Shown piece after piece: positions 47,901-61,850 of a stretch of DNA of 64,000 bases. How positions within the stretch are numbered: position 1 is the first letter of the stretch; each line of letters starts with the position of its first letter. The stretch is taken from NCBI GenBank assembly GCA_028534125.1, contig CM052816.1:77936001-78000000 (forward strand), read 5' to 3'. The notes beneath the pieces were generated by a model. It was not told the origin of the DNA and did no database searches. It saw nothing but the letters and a program-made list of their open reading frames with translations. The stretch comes from Lama glama. Its lineage: Eukaryota. Position numbers and translations under genes: made by a program.

Positions 47901-48019
47901 AAATGAAGAAGAACTAGACTCTTGTACTTGGGAAGAAGGAAGAACAAACAAACCCCCTTCCTGGGTAAAAGGTAGGCACCTTGGAAAGGGCCTTGGCCTC
48001 CAATCTGGGGCCATGCCTA

Positions 48020-48232
48020 GAACAGTGCTTCTCAAATCATCAGTGGTGCAAGGCCAGTTTTTGTTTTCTAATTGCCAACCTTATGCAGAAAAATATTTCT
48101 AGAAAAATAAAAAGATTATAAAATACAGATTTAAATTTTTTTTATTAGATTCAATAAATGTAAAAAATTGCTACAGCATTTTTGGAGCTTATCTCATCAG
48201 CACTGGCTGGTGGACCGCACCATGAGTAGCAT
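48020..48232. mobile_element. hAT-Charlie MITE
   Basis: ctagaacagtgcttctcaaa…tggaccgcaccatgagtagca termini. Confidence 0.45.
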
Positions 48233-51200
48233 CTGCTGGCAGCTCCATCCCTCCCTGAGCTTGGAAAAGAAAGGACTCAAGCAGGGCTCTGAAACCATAC
48301 TGTAAGAATTTGTCTTCTTAACATAAACTTTTACACATGATGAGCTTCCTCCAACTGTAAGAAAATATTCTTCACATCTAGAGAAGCTGTGTGATGCTAC
48401 TGAAGACATGGTGAAGGAATGAAGTCCGAGGCTGCACTCTCACAGGACCCCCCTTTAAGGAGCAGTCGTTAATTCTCAGGAGTTCAGCCTGAGACGTGAT
48501 GTGGCCCACAGAAGGAAGTTCCCCTCGTTCCAACCCATCTGGCCCCCAAAACCAAGCCTCTTACGGCACAGTTCAGCATCTTCCACAAGAGCTGTATGCT
48601 GTTTGCTGAATAAAGACTAGGTTCTTCAAAGAATATTATTTGACTTCAGCACAATGAATATCTCTGCCTCATCTGGAGAATGCCAGTACTTTATTGAAGC
48701 AGAGGGAGAAAAATACAGCTTTAAATCATGCCGCTATTCTTTCTTGTCAGCAACTTTTGTCTTTAATTTTATTTTCAACAGTTTTTCTTTTGAGATTTGT
48801 TTGGAAATCGATGTATGAGGAAGACTCAAAAAATTTCAGTTCAGGATTATTTAGGGCATTTAAAACAGATTTCTTTAGTCACCACTTTTCAAGACAATGA
48901 AGAACAGGGATGATTAGGCAACTTCTAACAGAGTAAGGAATAAAACCAGGAGATTTATTCCCTGGGGATGGCCTGGTCTGCCCTTGGCATAGAAAACTAC
49001 CATAAAAACACATCAGCAATGTCAAGCAAGAGTGAAATGACACATACAAAAAGATAAAATATTCTGAAAACACTTAAAAGCTGGTCCAGAAATTCCTACC
49101 TTTAAAACCAACAGGAAACCGACAAATAGCAAAAGTCCTCTAAGTCCCAACTAACCGTGTCACTGGCCACATAAAAGGGATCCCTTTCTGGGCTGCTTGA
49201 AGAAATGGAATTTATACACTGCTCTTAACACAGGCACTTTTGGGTGCTTCCATAACAAAAAGTAGGAACAAACCAAGCCACATGGGCACTGAAGCCATGG
49301 CAGCAACTCAGGAAATACACGTATAAATAATGTGCAAGAAATATATTCTACTGCTTGAAGAAAGCATTCCCATTACCCACCCATTCCCTGTCTTCTGTTC
49401 AATCAGTTCCTCCAGAATTCTATTATCTCCTTTCTCGAGAGACAGGAAGTTATCAGCTCAAACTTACAGACTCACGGCAGATTTATCTCAGTTGCACAAA
49501 ACAAAAGCCTGTAAAGGGAGTGACCTAAAGAAAAAGGAGGCAAGGGGAACACCCATTGAGCCAAAGCATCATGCATGCCCAACAGGTTAATGGGGATGAG
49601 GTAAGCCTCACTGAGACCCAACAAAGTACCCACCCAATTGAAATCAGCTTTATCCAGACTATTTATTTTACTGGTTTACTGTCCACACATATCCATTTTT
49701 CTAAATCTTAACTGAAAACTTAAACTTACAGGAGGCTGATGTGAAACTTGTATTTTCCAGTTTGATTAACTCATTTGGCAAATAGTAAACATTTTTCACT
49801 TAACTATGTGTCATCTTGTTTACCAGAGTTACCAGGAAAAGGCGAGCAGATTAGATAGCAACATTATTATTACTGCTAACCACTAAATAAACTAATCAGA
49901 GGAGTGCTGAGGGTTTTATTTTAGCTTCAGTAAACTCTGCATTTGAGTAATAGCTGGTATTTCATAGAGTAACTATAAAAGCTTAAGCAAATGTCTTTCT
50001 CAAATCTATGAATTCTGAATAGCTAATACTTTATGCTGATTCATTTTCCCCTTGGAACATTTTTTAAACTGAATTCTCCAAGTTATTTGTACAAAGTGAG
50101 TCTTTTCCAGCAACTGTGTGTTATAGAAAAACGACAGAAGCCCAACAGAAACCAAGTCCCACTTTCAGTGTTTCCATTCAGAGGAATTCTGTGTAGAAGA
50201 GTCAGTAATGGATAAAAATTCTCCCTGTAACCTTCTAGAAGGGCACTGTTGGGTGCACTGTTTGTGTAAGAGATTCTAAGTGTCAGCAAGGCTGTCCTTT
50301 CTCTTCTGACCAAGCTCGACCCTAGACTTTCCACACTCTCCTCGAGTGCTCAGGTGGAGTGAAGCCTCAAAATGTCTCTGGCTGCAATGGGAAGCCCACA
50401 GGCCAAATTCTTCTTAGTTACGGATATTCTTCTGATACGATTCATTCAAAAAGCATGAAGTGAGCGCCAAGATAACAGAATGAGTATGAGAGGAAATCAC
50501 TTGTAATATTTAGTCAAGCTTTTTTGGCTCAGGGCCCATTGTTTATTATGAAGGAAAACCTCAAAGTGAAAATCAATTATAGCCATGACTTGACAATCTG
50601 ACACACTTGTTAACCCTGTTAGAATGAATACGGTCCAGATGAACTTTGACCCAGTCATCACAATCGCAGAATTATTAAGATTAAATAAAGGCTTGACCAA
50701 AAGATTCCACTTGAAATGGTCCCTTCTTTCTGGTGAAGAGCTAATCAAAGATAATTTTTTGAAAAAAATATTAGGGATACATAAGAAGATTGAGAGGTAA
50801 CAAGATTTATCTAGATAAAGAATGTTCTATCTTCTTTAGGAAATGAACACATAATGATTTTGAAAAATAGATAAACATATCTTAGACTCACTAAATAGGA
50901 GATAGTAAGTCATAATGCTTGTGTGAGAATTCAAAGACTGGGTGAGGGTGGGGACAGGGACATACATGAAGCCTGTGGAAATCAGAAAAAAAAGACACAG
51001 AGAGAGGGAGAAACAACCAAAAGTACCCTCTAAAATCACCATTAGTTACTTTATCACTAAATGGGTAAACAAGTTAGAATGATTAAATCTTTGAAGAGCA
51101 CACAGGCCTGAGGCAGCCCAGGTAATGTCAGGTAAGTCCGTGCCCTAAGCTCACATTTATAAACTATGTAACTATGTGCCACAATTTCTATCTGAAAACA

Positions 51201-51419
51201 TGTATGAAAGCTGGGCATTAGTATAGCCCTGCTCTCCTACTTCATAGATGGGGAACCAGTGTCACTGAAGATAAGTGAATCTCAGAGCGGGAACTAGGCC
51301 CCAGCACTTCTGATGCTCAGTCTAGCATTCTTCCTGTGTGCCACACGGGCTCACACAACAATCTTATCAGCTTCACTATTACTCAGCTTTTCTAGTAGCT
51401 ACTACCAGTTGCTTTGTGA

Positions 51420-51680
51420 TGAGAAGCAGTACACGACAGTAGTCAAAAGCAGAAGCTTGACTCTGAGGCCAGACTCCCCGTGTTCAAATTCCAATCTGCC
51501 CCCTGCTACCTGTATGGCTCTGGTCAAGTTATAAGCCTCAATTTCCTCATATGTAAAACTGGAATAGTACCACTTTCCTCACAGGACTGTTGTGAGGATT
51601 AAACAAATAATATGTATAAAGTTTTTAAACCAGCTTGGCAAGATTTAAGTATAATAACAGTGTCATTATTACTATATACC
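51420..51680 (+). mobile_element. MIR SINE, near full length
   Basis: gactctgaggccagactccccgtgttcaaattcc…cctcaatttcctcatatgtaaaactggaatagtacc…gttgtgaggattaaa. Confidence 0.8.
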
Positions 51681-51939
51681 TTGCTTTGGCTATCAGGTGT
51701 TCCTCATTTCATATTTTTAAAAAGTTGTATGGAGAATATATTTGATAAAGTAATATATTTATTAAATACAAAATAGCAGCTTGCTAATTTTTTTTTAAAA
51801 AATCCTGGGGGAGATACTTTTCTATGTAAATAATCTGTCTTCAGTATGACTATTATCGAAATAATCTACTCTGTACATGTGAATTTTCATAAGGGCGAAT
51901 CACTTGTGGTTTATTTTAAATAATTACTTTTGTATTATG

Positions 51940-52120
51940 ACCAAACTTCAGTGTGCAAAATAATCACCTAGGGAACTTCTTAAATTGCAGATTCCCAGTC
52001 CCAATCTCTCAGTCTAATTGAATTGGGATGAAGACTAGAAATCTGTATTTTTAACCCTCCCACTCCCACCCTCGACTCTGACAAAGACAGTTCACAAAAT
52101 CACTTTGAGAAACACTGGCC
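51940..52120. mobile_element. MER5A-like MITE
   Basis: caaacttcagtgtgca…aatcacctagggaacttcttaaattgcagattccc…actttgagaaacactg. Confidence 0.7.
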
Positions 52121-53869
52121 TTCACAGAGGAATGTGGTGGTTAGTGATATTGGTCACATAACTATATAACAGGGGGGGAAAGTTATATTTTTCTCTGTGG
52201 GTTTATGTCTCTTCCTGGCACAAAATAATATATAACTCTCACTCACTCGAAGAGTATCCTCTTTAAATATTGCCTACTAACTCAACATGACTTAAATGGA
52301 CCCTTTATAGACGGGGATGATATTTTAATACACATACACATATCGGACACATATCCTGTATCAGACAAGACGTGCCCACTGAAAATTAAATTGACTGAAC
52401 CAGCAATAATGGCAGCCTGCCTGGCAAGAAAAGTGACCACGGCTGACAGAGCTGTCAGGCTACTGGCTGGGGTTCAGGCTCCCACACACAACTATCCCTG
52501 TTGATGTGTAAGCTAATAGCATTCTGGATCTTCATCCTGCCCACTCCCCAGCCAGCTCCTTTCCCCTCCCTCCAGCAGCATCTTTTGATAAGAAACTGTA
52601 ATTGAATCCACTCATGGGTAGCTAAACAAAAGTCCTCTGTAATTCTGCAGTGTTTTCAAACTTTCATGGCTATTACATTGTGAGTGCCAGGAATGAGACT
52701 TAAACAGGAATGAAACTTAGGTTCAAAGACTCTTTGTTCTCATCACTGGAGAATAAAGGTTCAAATGTGTCATGTGCAAGCAGGTAGATCTATGTAATAT
52801 CTAAGTGTGCTTTTCTGCGATATAGCAAGAAACAGTAAATCTTCATTTCATCACTGACACTAGTCAATTGCAGTGAAGAAAAACAACCAGACACACATTC
52901 TCAATTACAGTGACCTTTATGAAAAGATCCTTTTAAATATTAGCTTCCCTTCAAATACTTTGCCACTTGGCAGTGAACAGTATACTCTAGCAGGTGAACA
53001 CAGGAGAAACTGCGCTGCAATTCTGGCTAACAAATTACATGCCACAGACAGATAGTGCCCTGAACTTAGTATGCAATGTAAGGTGACAAAACTGAGTAGA
53101 AGGAGAGGGATAGGAGCCAAATGCAGCTGCAGCAGAAAGGTGTATATTAAGAGAGGTCACAGTCCTCTCTTAATGAAAAGTTCATTAAATTAGGGATCAA
53201 GAGAAATGAAGTCTAATTGTAGCAGCAACCATTGTGACCTGTAAGTCTCTAAGTTTTAGTCTCCTCACATTAAGGCAAGGATTTGACAATACCTGTTGTA
53301 GCATATTATTCAGCTGCAGATAGAACTAAATCAACTACAATGCAGGACAATGCCATTAGGTAACAGTAATCAATAAACAAAAGCAATTTCTGCTTCAATT
53401 AATTCTACTTAAAGAAAGTTGAAAAACTGGATGAATTTTTTCCCAAGAAAAGATTAATTACCAAAGCAGGCTCAGAAGAGTTAGAAAATCCATGACGGAA
53501 TGGAAAAGAAAGAGAACAATTGAGGAATTACTACCCACCCTCCCCTCCACAAAAGTATCAGACTTTGACAGTTTCAAAAGTGAATTCTATCAAGTTTTTA
53601 CCAACTGAGTAGATTTAACGGTAGCAAAACAGTTTGAGAGTACATATAGAAAAGGTAAGCATACACAATTTTTATGAGGGAAGTCTGACACCTGACAAAG
53701 AACAAACCATAACCCTGTGAGGGTCATACCAAAGATGCAAGGATGATTCAATATTAGGAATTTTGTAATGTAACTAATCATATTCATTGATCAAAGCAGA
53801 ACTACACAGACATACTTCCACAGAGATACAACAAAGGAATTCAATGAAATTCAGCATCTATTTCAGATG

Positions 53870-54205
53870 AACACACTGCTGGCCTCTGTATGGTGTTATC
53901 TTTGCATGGGATGCTCTTCCCTTAGATATGTGCATGACTCATTTCCTCATTTCATTCAAGTCAAAGATCACTCCAGGAGAGGTTCTATCCTGATCACCAT
54001 ACCTAAACACAGTGCCCATTTCTCTCCCTGATTACTCTATGTCCCCTTGTCCCTATTTCAGCTTTCTTCGTTGCTCTTACTACCATCTAACATTTATGGA
54101 TTTACTTGTCTGTCTCTGTCTATTGGAATACAGGCTCCATAAACAACTTAGAACAATACCCAACACATTGTAGGTGTTCAATAAATCTTTGTTGAATAAA
54201 CAAAT
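53870..54205 (+). mobile_element. L2 3' end
   Basis: Ends cttagaacaatacccaacacattgtaggtgttcaataaatctttgttgaataaa. Confidence 0.7.
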
Positions 54206-54343
54206 AAAATAAAAAGAGATGAATTTAACATCTTGCATGTGTGTGTTTTCAAAAGGTGTCATGCCTTATGAAGAAACCCATTAAATTGAAAATAAAATTG
54301 CTGATAATTTGACTTTTTCTCCATCTATAGAAAGGGCAATTCC

Positions 54344-54467
54344 GGGGCGGGGGTGGGGGGTGTAGCTCAGTGGTAGAGCGCATGCTCAGAATCATGAGGT
54401 CCTGGGGTTAATTCTCAGTACCTCCATTAAAAAACAAACAAACAAACTTAATTACCTCCACCCACTA

Positions 54468-54498
<31 letters not shown>

Positions 54499-54500
54499 GA
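54344..54500 (+). mobile_element. tRNA-derived SINE, Vic-1-like (camelid)
   Basis: ggggtgtagctcagtggtagagcgcatgctcagaatcatgaggtcctggggttaattctcagtacctcc; A box TAGCTCAGTGG; poly(A)/(GAAAA)n tail; degenerate TSD agaaagggcaat / agaaaaggcagt. Confidence 0.85.
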
Positions 54501-56359
54501 AAAGGCAGTAACATATGTTTTAACGTAATCCTATTAAAAGTTCAAAGCAGGAAAAGGATGTGCAGCGTCATTGTTATGATTTAACATTGTTCTGGCAGTA
54601 CTAGTCAATATACTTAGGTTAAGATAAAGAAATAGCACGTATAAAAATTGGAAAGGAGGAGATAAATTTTCATTATTTGCATATGGTATAATTTTATGCT
54701 TGTAAACCCCTCTAAATCTGACCACATTAAAATATATTTTCCTTCACATGGGGAAAAATGCCATAAAGTAAAATAAAAATGACTGACTGGGAGAAATATT
54801 TGCAATACATGACATACAAAGGGTTAAGCTCCTTAATATAAAGAACTCTTACAAATCAGTAAGAAAAGGGCCAATCAACCAAAAGATAAAAGGGTAAAAG
54901 ACATAAATAGAAAGTTCACAGGAAAAAAGGCTTTCAACATATGAAAAGATGTCTAAAAATGTAAAAATTCAAGTGTAAACTACAATGGAATACAAACTTT
55001 CACCTATCAGATTGGCAAAGATAAAAATACCATATTCTCTTAGCAAAGAGGAGGGGAAGGAAGCACTGACACATTGAATAGGATAGTTAAAAACTCTCTT
55101 TGGAGGAAATTTTGGCACTTTCTCTACACATTTAAAATGTAAATACCCTTTATCAATGGCAATTCTATTTGCACATGTGGACAAATAAGTATGCCCAAGG
55201 ATATTAATTTCAGTATTGTTTATAATAGCAAAAGCCTGAAAACAATGCTAATGTCTTTCAATAGGGTGTTGTTTTAGAAAAGTATAATATATCCATACAG
55301 TGGAAAATATCAAGAAAGTATAAAGCATGAGCTAGACATGTACAGACGGGTCTGGTCCAGTCTCCCAAGTAATAAGGCAAAAAACCAATAATCAAAAACA
55401 AAAACCAGCTTGTAAAACATGTTATATACCTGTTTTTAAACAATGAATGTATCTACACATGTCTGCTCATTTATACATGGACTCTGCCTCAAAGCAAATA
55501 CAAGAACCTGTCAATGGTGGATAGAACCGTTAGTGGTAGAACCAAGGAACTACGATTAAAGTGAAAGAGAGCTTTCAAATTTCCCTTGTCTACTCTTTAG
55601 CACTGCTAGATTTTTTTTTTAAATTGTGTGCATGTTATTACTTAAAATCTCAGACATGAAAATTACCTTCTCAAAATAAGTATTTGTCAGAAGTTAGAAC
55701 AATAACCTGAAGGTTCTAAGGCCAGGTTCCTGGCTTGGTAGATTCTAGCAATAACCTGCTATCCAGCAGGTTCTAAAAGTTGTCTTCTTGGTGTCTCATT
55801 TTCTTCACTGATAAGTTTGACACCTTTCTATGAATTATATATTGCTAATATCAATCATTAATCAGCAAACAGCATTATCTCAGTATTTGTGGAGATACCT
55901 CAATGATTTACTTAGTGTATAAACATAAACAAATCTATTGGAACAGTTCACTATCAAAATGATACTTACTATGTCTGGCAAATTTTAAACCATTGCTCTG
56001 TTCACTCTTCTTTCCTCAGCTAATTTTGGTATGCTTTTAAATAAGTTTTTTGAAATACAAAAAAACTCTTAATAATAATAGAAAATAACTACTCCTTAAA
56101 AACAGAAGTGTCAACAGAGGCATGATCTATAAGCGTATCTGAGTGCCAAGGATGTGTTGACATACATTAGCTTATACACTCACAGATTCTATATAAAATG
56201 AAGGCTAAATGCACACTATTTAGCTGGCCAGACTTGATACAACCCTCCAACTGATTATTCAGAGATGTTCCATCTGTATTATCTAGTTATTAATACATGC
56301 TGTGAACACCCACCAATGACATTACATAGTGAAGTCTGTTCTGCTACAATACATACAGC

Positions 56360-56725
56360 AGAAGATGCGGTGCTCCCCACAAGATGCCCTCAAACCCCAT
56401 CAGCATTTTTCTGCAGGCTGCTTTCACTGACAGCAGCAGCAGCACCCATCTCTCTTTGTCAGAGGGCTGTCAGCAGGTTGTTAAAGCCCTGGAGAGCTGG
56501 AAGTGCCGGAAATGTCTCCTCCAGTCCTACCTCCAGCCATCACCAACGACCAACAGATGTTGGAGTGGAAGTGCTCTGGTTACTGTGCTGACCAGGGTCT
56601 CCAGGGTTACCCTGTGGGACTAAGCCAAAGTGATCCTTCCTGGCACCTTGTTTGATACTGTACCCTTGCTTGGCATAAATCATTTTTATAAGAGTCTTTA
56701 TCCCAGGGTCTGCTTCTAAGGACAG
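56360..56725 (+). mobile_element. ERVL-type LTR remnant (LTR16-like)
   Basis: 3' end …cccagggtctgcttctaaggaca resembles the recalled LTR16 terminus. Confidence 0.4.
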
Positions 56726-56959
56726 CATGTTTTTCTTTGATGCAAAGTAGCTCATAATGAGCAGCAGATAGGGGACTGATATTAGTATAACATGTAAGTT
56801 CAGGTGGTTTCTAAAGGATTTTTTCCAGTATATAAATGGTTTGAAAAGTAATCAGGGTCCAGATTTCTCATAACTGAAGAGAAAACTTTTGCAATGCATA
56901 AAAACATCAAGAAAAAAGCTGAATAACTTCCAACAAATACAAAAACACAAATGTAAAAA

Positions 56960-59040
56960 TTTATTCAGTGTTAGTAATTGCAAAATACTGGGAACAACCT
57001 AAACACCCATACATAGGAGAGTGGTTGAATAAACCATGGTACATCGACACAATGTAGCATGATGCAATCACAAAAGGAATGAGAATGAGCTCTACTGAAC
57101 TGATGAAGAGCGATGTCCAGAGCATACTGCTAAATGAAAAAAGGCAAAGCTCAAAAGAGTATACCATGCTACTCTTCATGTACAAAAGGAGGGAATATAA
57201 GAAAATATTTATCTGCTCATTTGCACAAAAGAAGATATACCAGAAATGAAAGGGACTGATTGCCTATAGGGGTGAATGGGAAAAGGACTGAAAGGGGCTA
57301 CTGGAATGGGGGGAGCAGGGATAAAGAAGGAGTGACACTTCTCTGAGTTTATCTCTTTTAAAGCTCTGACCCCTAGCACCACAGTAATATTTCACATACC
57401 CTACACACCCTAAAAAACAAAGAAATATATATAAACACTAAAAATAAGCCTAACTGCATTTTCAAATGAGTAACATAATCACACTGATGAGAGTGGAGAA
57501 GAAAAGATATAATCTAAGTTAACTATGAAAAACAGTATCATAACTAGACATGGTAAGGATAAAAAAACAAAAAGAATGATACACAAATGCTATAACCTAG
57601 TTAGGGAAAGTGTTTCTCACAGGGGGTTAGCAATTTTAAAACTGCTTTAGGTGTATATTAGAATTGAACAAATAAGTAAACGTATTGTAGATAATATGAG
57701 CTGCGTTTCTCACTATTAGAGAAAGAAGCTACAAATATGGAAAGGAGAAAGGTTAAATGAACCCTGTGGTACAGGATTGAAATCAGAGGCACCATGGTGT
57801 TTAAAAAATATATACAAACAGATATATACAGAACTATTATGTGTGTATATGTGTAGGTTAGTACTCATACATATATATTTGCACTTTGTCAGCTGAGAGG
57901 ACTTAGAAGCAATGAGCACATCTAGCACCAACCTCCTGGTTTCTAAACATCATTCTCCAACAAAAAGGAGCCAAGGCTCCTTGAAGAAGTGGTTGATTCT
58001 AGGACTGTGGCAAAAAAAAAAAATGAGGAAGAAGAACCTGGAATATCTTATGGTGTCAGAAAATAAGGAAGCACTAAAACTAACAAAAAACAACAAAACC
58101 CCAAAACACCTCTCTGCAAGGAAACAGGAGCCATTCTGAAGGAGATTCCATTGGTTAAAGTGGGAACAAACTAAATAATGACAGTATTGGGTTTTAGTCC
58201 ATAAAATTTAGTATTTTAAAGTCCATACTGACATTTAAAAAACTCGAAAAAGAAATAAATGTGGAAGAAGGAGTAATTCTTCCTTTCAGTAGAACTCCAA
58301 TTGACAAATGTAGGAAAAGAAGAGGGAAACAGAAAATCACCACTAGGCAAATACCATGGTAACGGCTGCTGCCAGTAAATCTACCCATGGATGAGAAAAT
58401 GAGAGAGTGAAAGTTTAAGGACAGACAGGATTTGCATGGTCTTAAAATATTACCCCCAAGAAAGTTATCAATTCAAAATGGAATGACAGTAACTTTACAG
58501 TGGAGAAACTTGGCAGATACCACCTTAACCAAGTGATCAAAGTTAGCATCACCAGTCAGTCCTTGATATAATGCACTAAGAAGGATACAATATCATTCCT
58601 GGGTAATTTTTGCCAAGAATGCATAGTTTTATTCCAATCATGAGAAAATAATCAGACAAACCCAAACTGAAAGAAAGTGTACAAAGTAATAGAACAGTGT
58701 TTACTGAAAGCATCAAGGTCGTGAAAGATGAGAAAGAATGAGAAACCACTATGACTGGCAGAGACTAAGGAAAAGTAACAACTAAATACAACATGGGATC
58801 TGAGACAGGATCCTGGAACAGAAAAAGGATATTAGTGGGGAAACTGGGAAAATCACATAAGGTCTGTCTGTAGCTTAGTTAACAGTATTGCACCAATGTT
58901 AATTTCATGGTGTTGCTGATTAATTGTGCTATGGCTACGTAAGGTGTTAACATTAGGGGAAGTTGAGTGGAAAGTTTTCATGAACTCTCTATACTGTTTT
59001 TACAACTTTTCTGTAAGACTAATATTAGTTTAAAATTAAA
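56960..59040 (+). mobile_element. Ancient L1 (L1MC/MD-type) long 3' UTR
   Basis: aaatactgggaacaacctaaa…aataaaccatggtacat; aactttacagtggagaaacttggcagataccaccttaaccaagtgatcaaagtt…gaactctctatactgtttttacaacttttctgtaag. Confidence 0.75.
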
Positions 59041-59558
59041 AATTACCCCCCCCAAATTCTACGCTAGTGCCATTCTTTACTGTAAATGTAGCTGGTTTGG
59101 TGGCTTTAAGGACCACTACATGTTCACCTCTGTGAAGCTATCTGAGGGAATCTGAGCAGGCAGGCTCTATTCTGCCTATGTAAGTGTTACAAACAAAAGT
59201 CAGTCTTTCATAACAGACCTACAAGCTGCTCCCTTTGATTTGCTTTTCACCCTCCCTAAGATAATGCATATAGGCAGTGGTTTGTATTTTTTTTTAATCA
59301 CAGGTATAATGGGTTTCACACAATGGGTTTATACTAGGCTATAACTGATGGAACTTGACTAGTTTAAAAATTTACCATTTTAGAGCCTGCAGATACAAAC
59401 AAATGCCTTGGTTTCAGGACCATGAGTACCTGGCCTATCTTTCATGCTCAAGAATAAACAAGACATGGAGAAGTCAGAACCTCAAAGCAGCCATTGTCAT
59501 GTTCTTCCCAAATCATTAAACGTAATCATTTTTCTGTTTTAAAAGGCTGTCTCCTTAC

Positions 59559-59721
59559 TTGGAATATGCTGGAGACACCCAGTACGGGTTGTCCTCGGCT
59601 GCTTTGGCATGCCGCAGAATGGCTTCCCGGGGATTGCTGTCATCTGTCTTGTCCAAAGCAATGTTCTTCACAATGTACGAGGACAGAGTGCCCCCGTGGG
59701 TTCCAACCCGGCCACCACGAC
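59559..59721 (-). CDS. WDR70: WDR70 penultimate coding exon (163 bp)
   Basis: ggaacag|GT CGT…TCC AA|gtaagg; (G)RGGRVGTHGGTLSSYIVKNIALDKTDDSNPREAILRHAKAAEDNPYWVSPAYS(K). Confidence 0.97.
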
Positions 59722-61733
59722 CTGTTCCAAAGGAGAAAAACCAACTCAGAAATGGAGTGAGCACGTATCTTGTGTACACTGGACTTACCTGACAAGGCTG
59801 GGAATCCCACACTGCTGGCTTCCAAGGAGGCCAGTTAAACAAATGACAGGGTAGGGCCAGACATTCAAGCTTTCCTGATTTTTGTCACTGACTGAGGACT
59901 CAAGGATTTGAGCACTCTGGGGCTTCTAAAGACTTTGGTTTGAAGCACATAAATCTCTAAGTACTTGGGTATCATCCTTTCAGCTTTTATTTATGATAAT
60001 CACAACCAGAGTAGGACATCACCATTCCTCAACTCCCCCATAACATTTTAAAACAGAGATACTTTTAATTACACCTTAGCTGCTTAATTTACATAATGAC
60101 ACCAATGTAGGAAGAATTACGAATAGTTTGCTATGTATATGCCTTAAAAAATTCCTCAGGTATGAACATCTGAAATTTAACTAACAAAATAACCAATATT
60201 TGCTAGATGCTATTTTAGTTTTAAACAATATATCTTAGGGCTTGCCACCTTCCAAGTACCCTGTAGGAGAGAAAGCAAATAGGATGAACTGACCGAGTCA
60301 CATTATTTTACCAGACTATAATTGCTCCCATAGACAAGAAGCTCTGTACGGGCAGGAATTTGCTCCCATTGGACCCTCAACAGCTAGCCTGGTTCCCATT
60401 ACTCAAAAGATGTATGACTTTTTAGGAAGATTAAGAAAAACAAAAAACACCATACCACCACACATAAAGCCAAGTAACACTAAAAGATTAATTTTACAAA
60501 TCAAGATAAGAAGACTAAGGCAGGACACAATTGCCGAAGAATCTGTATGACCAGTAATCATTACAGCACTTAGAGGAAGGAGAGAGCCCTTCAGGCCGAT
60601 GTGATGGTGAGGAGAGGGTATTTAGGAAGCGATAAATCCAATTTGGGAGAACTCAGAAGACAGAGAAGGTTATTTTCAATGAGCAGAATGGTTTAAGTAC
60701 AAAAGCACAGAAAGAGGAACATTCAATGGGTATTTGAGGGCAGAAGTTAACCAACAGCCATATCAGAAGATCAAAGGAAAAAAGTGAGGTGAAACCTCAC
60801 AAGTGGATTAGAGTCAGCCTGAAGAGAACTCTGAATCTCTGGAAATGCAACTGGACAATGTAGCTTGTGAAGATTTGAGGGCAGCAGCAATGCGAAAGCT
60901 AGAGGGATGGGGAATCAAAGCTGTGTGTAAGATGAATAAAACTAGGGTGGTGAGGACAGAGAGTAACTGGAAATAAGGTGCCTAGTTAGAAGAGTTTTTT
61001 GATAATCCAGGCAAGAATATTATTTAGGAACTTTTGATTAGGCTGATGGCAGAGAAAATGGAAAAAAAACTGAGTTTGGTATATGAAATATTTTCAATGC
61101 TGAAGGGGCAGGTAAAACAGATAGAGGTCCAGAACTCAGGTTCGGATGAATAAACAAGTCAAAAGGTAGAAGCTTGTGAACCTAGGACAAATGGACACTA
61201 CACAGGTAATAACAGAAAATGAGATCCTACGAAAGGTATGTGCTGTATGATAGCCAGTGCTGTCTTGCTTTCTTCTGGTACCTACTTTCTTAGAAAGCCT
61301 GTGGATTTTTACTCATTTTCTAGGGAAATAGGCAGCTCCATTTTATCAGCATAGAACTAAATAATGGCCACTTTCTGCCTTGTGGGAAATCGAATCCAGC
61401 CTAATATTCTGGTCAAAGTACCTAACGCTGTATATTAAGCCAATATTGAGAGCAGTGGTTAACACTAGTTCCAAGAAGCCAGAGTTCCACTGAGGTCACC
61501 TAAAGGCTCTAGTTGGAGGTGGAGCAGACAGGGCTCCAGGTTTCCTTTCCAGGTCGGCACGTGAGCCCCATTTTCATCATTTTTATGCACTGGGTTTCTG
61601 CATCAGATCTTTGAGCAAAAAGTTCTGGTGCTAAAAGATGTCTGAAAACTCTAAAAGATCTTCCAAATTCTGTACCAATGACCCCACGCTGCCCCCTACC
61701 CCCTCTGCAGGTCACCAGCAGGATCACAGTCAC

Positions 61734-61850
61734 CTGGGCCTGCTACAGGAGGTTCAGGCTTGTGCGACTTCAGGGGATCCAGTCTGTCCTTCTCCAGCTG
61801 TTTCCTTGTACTCCGTTGGCGGGGCTCGCGGAACATAGGCAAGGCATGAG
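61734..61850 (-). CDS. WDR70: WDR70 coding exon (117 bp)
   Basis: cttctcgtag|CT CAT GCC…CCA G|gtgact; (P)HALPMFREPRQRSTRKQLEKDRLDPLKSHKPEPPVAGP(G); phases match both neighbouring exons. Confidence 0.96.

Larger units (their letters stand above)
53385..55650 (+). mobile_element. Highly decayed ancient L1 (L1ME-like) with an intervening L2 piece and a SINE
   Basis: ORF2-like remnants gatgcaaggatgattcaatattaggaa, cattatttgcatatggtataatt, gactgggagaaatatttgcaatac, cacctatcagattggcaaa. Confidence 0.6.

Noticed and set aside
54355..54430. Functional tRNA gene (also 37036-37110)
   Set aside because: Degenerate B box and stems, plus an A-rich tail and TSD, indicate a tRNA-derived SINE.
59555..59842. 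95-aa ORF as a standalone gene
   Set aside because: Only 59559-59721 is WDR70 exon; the N-terminal part is intron and the stop lies in the GTAAG donor.
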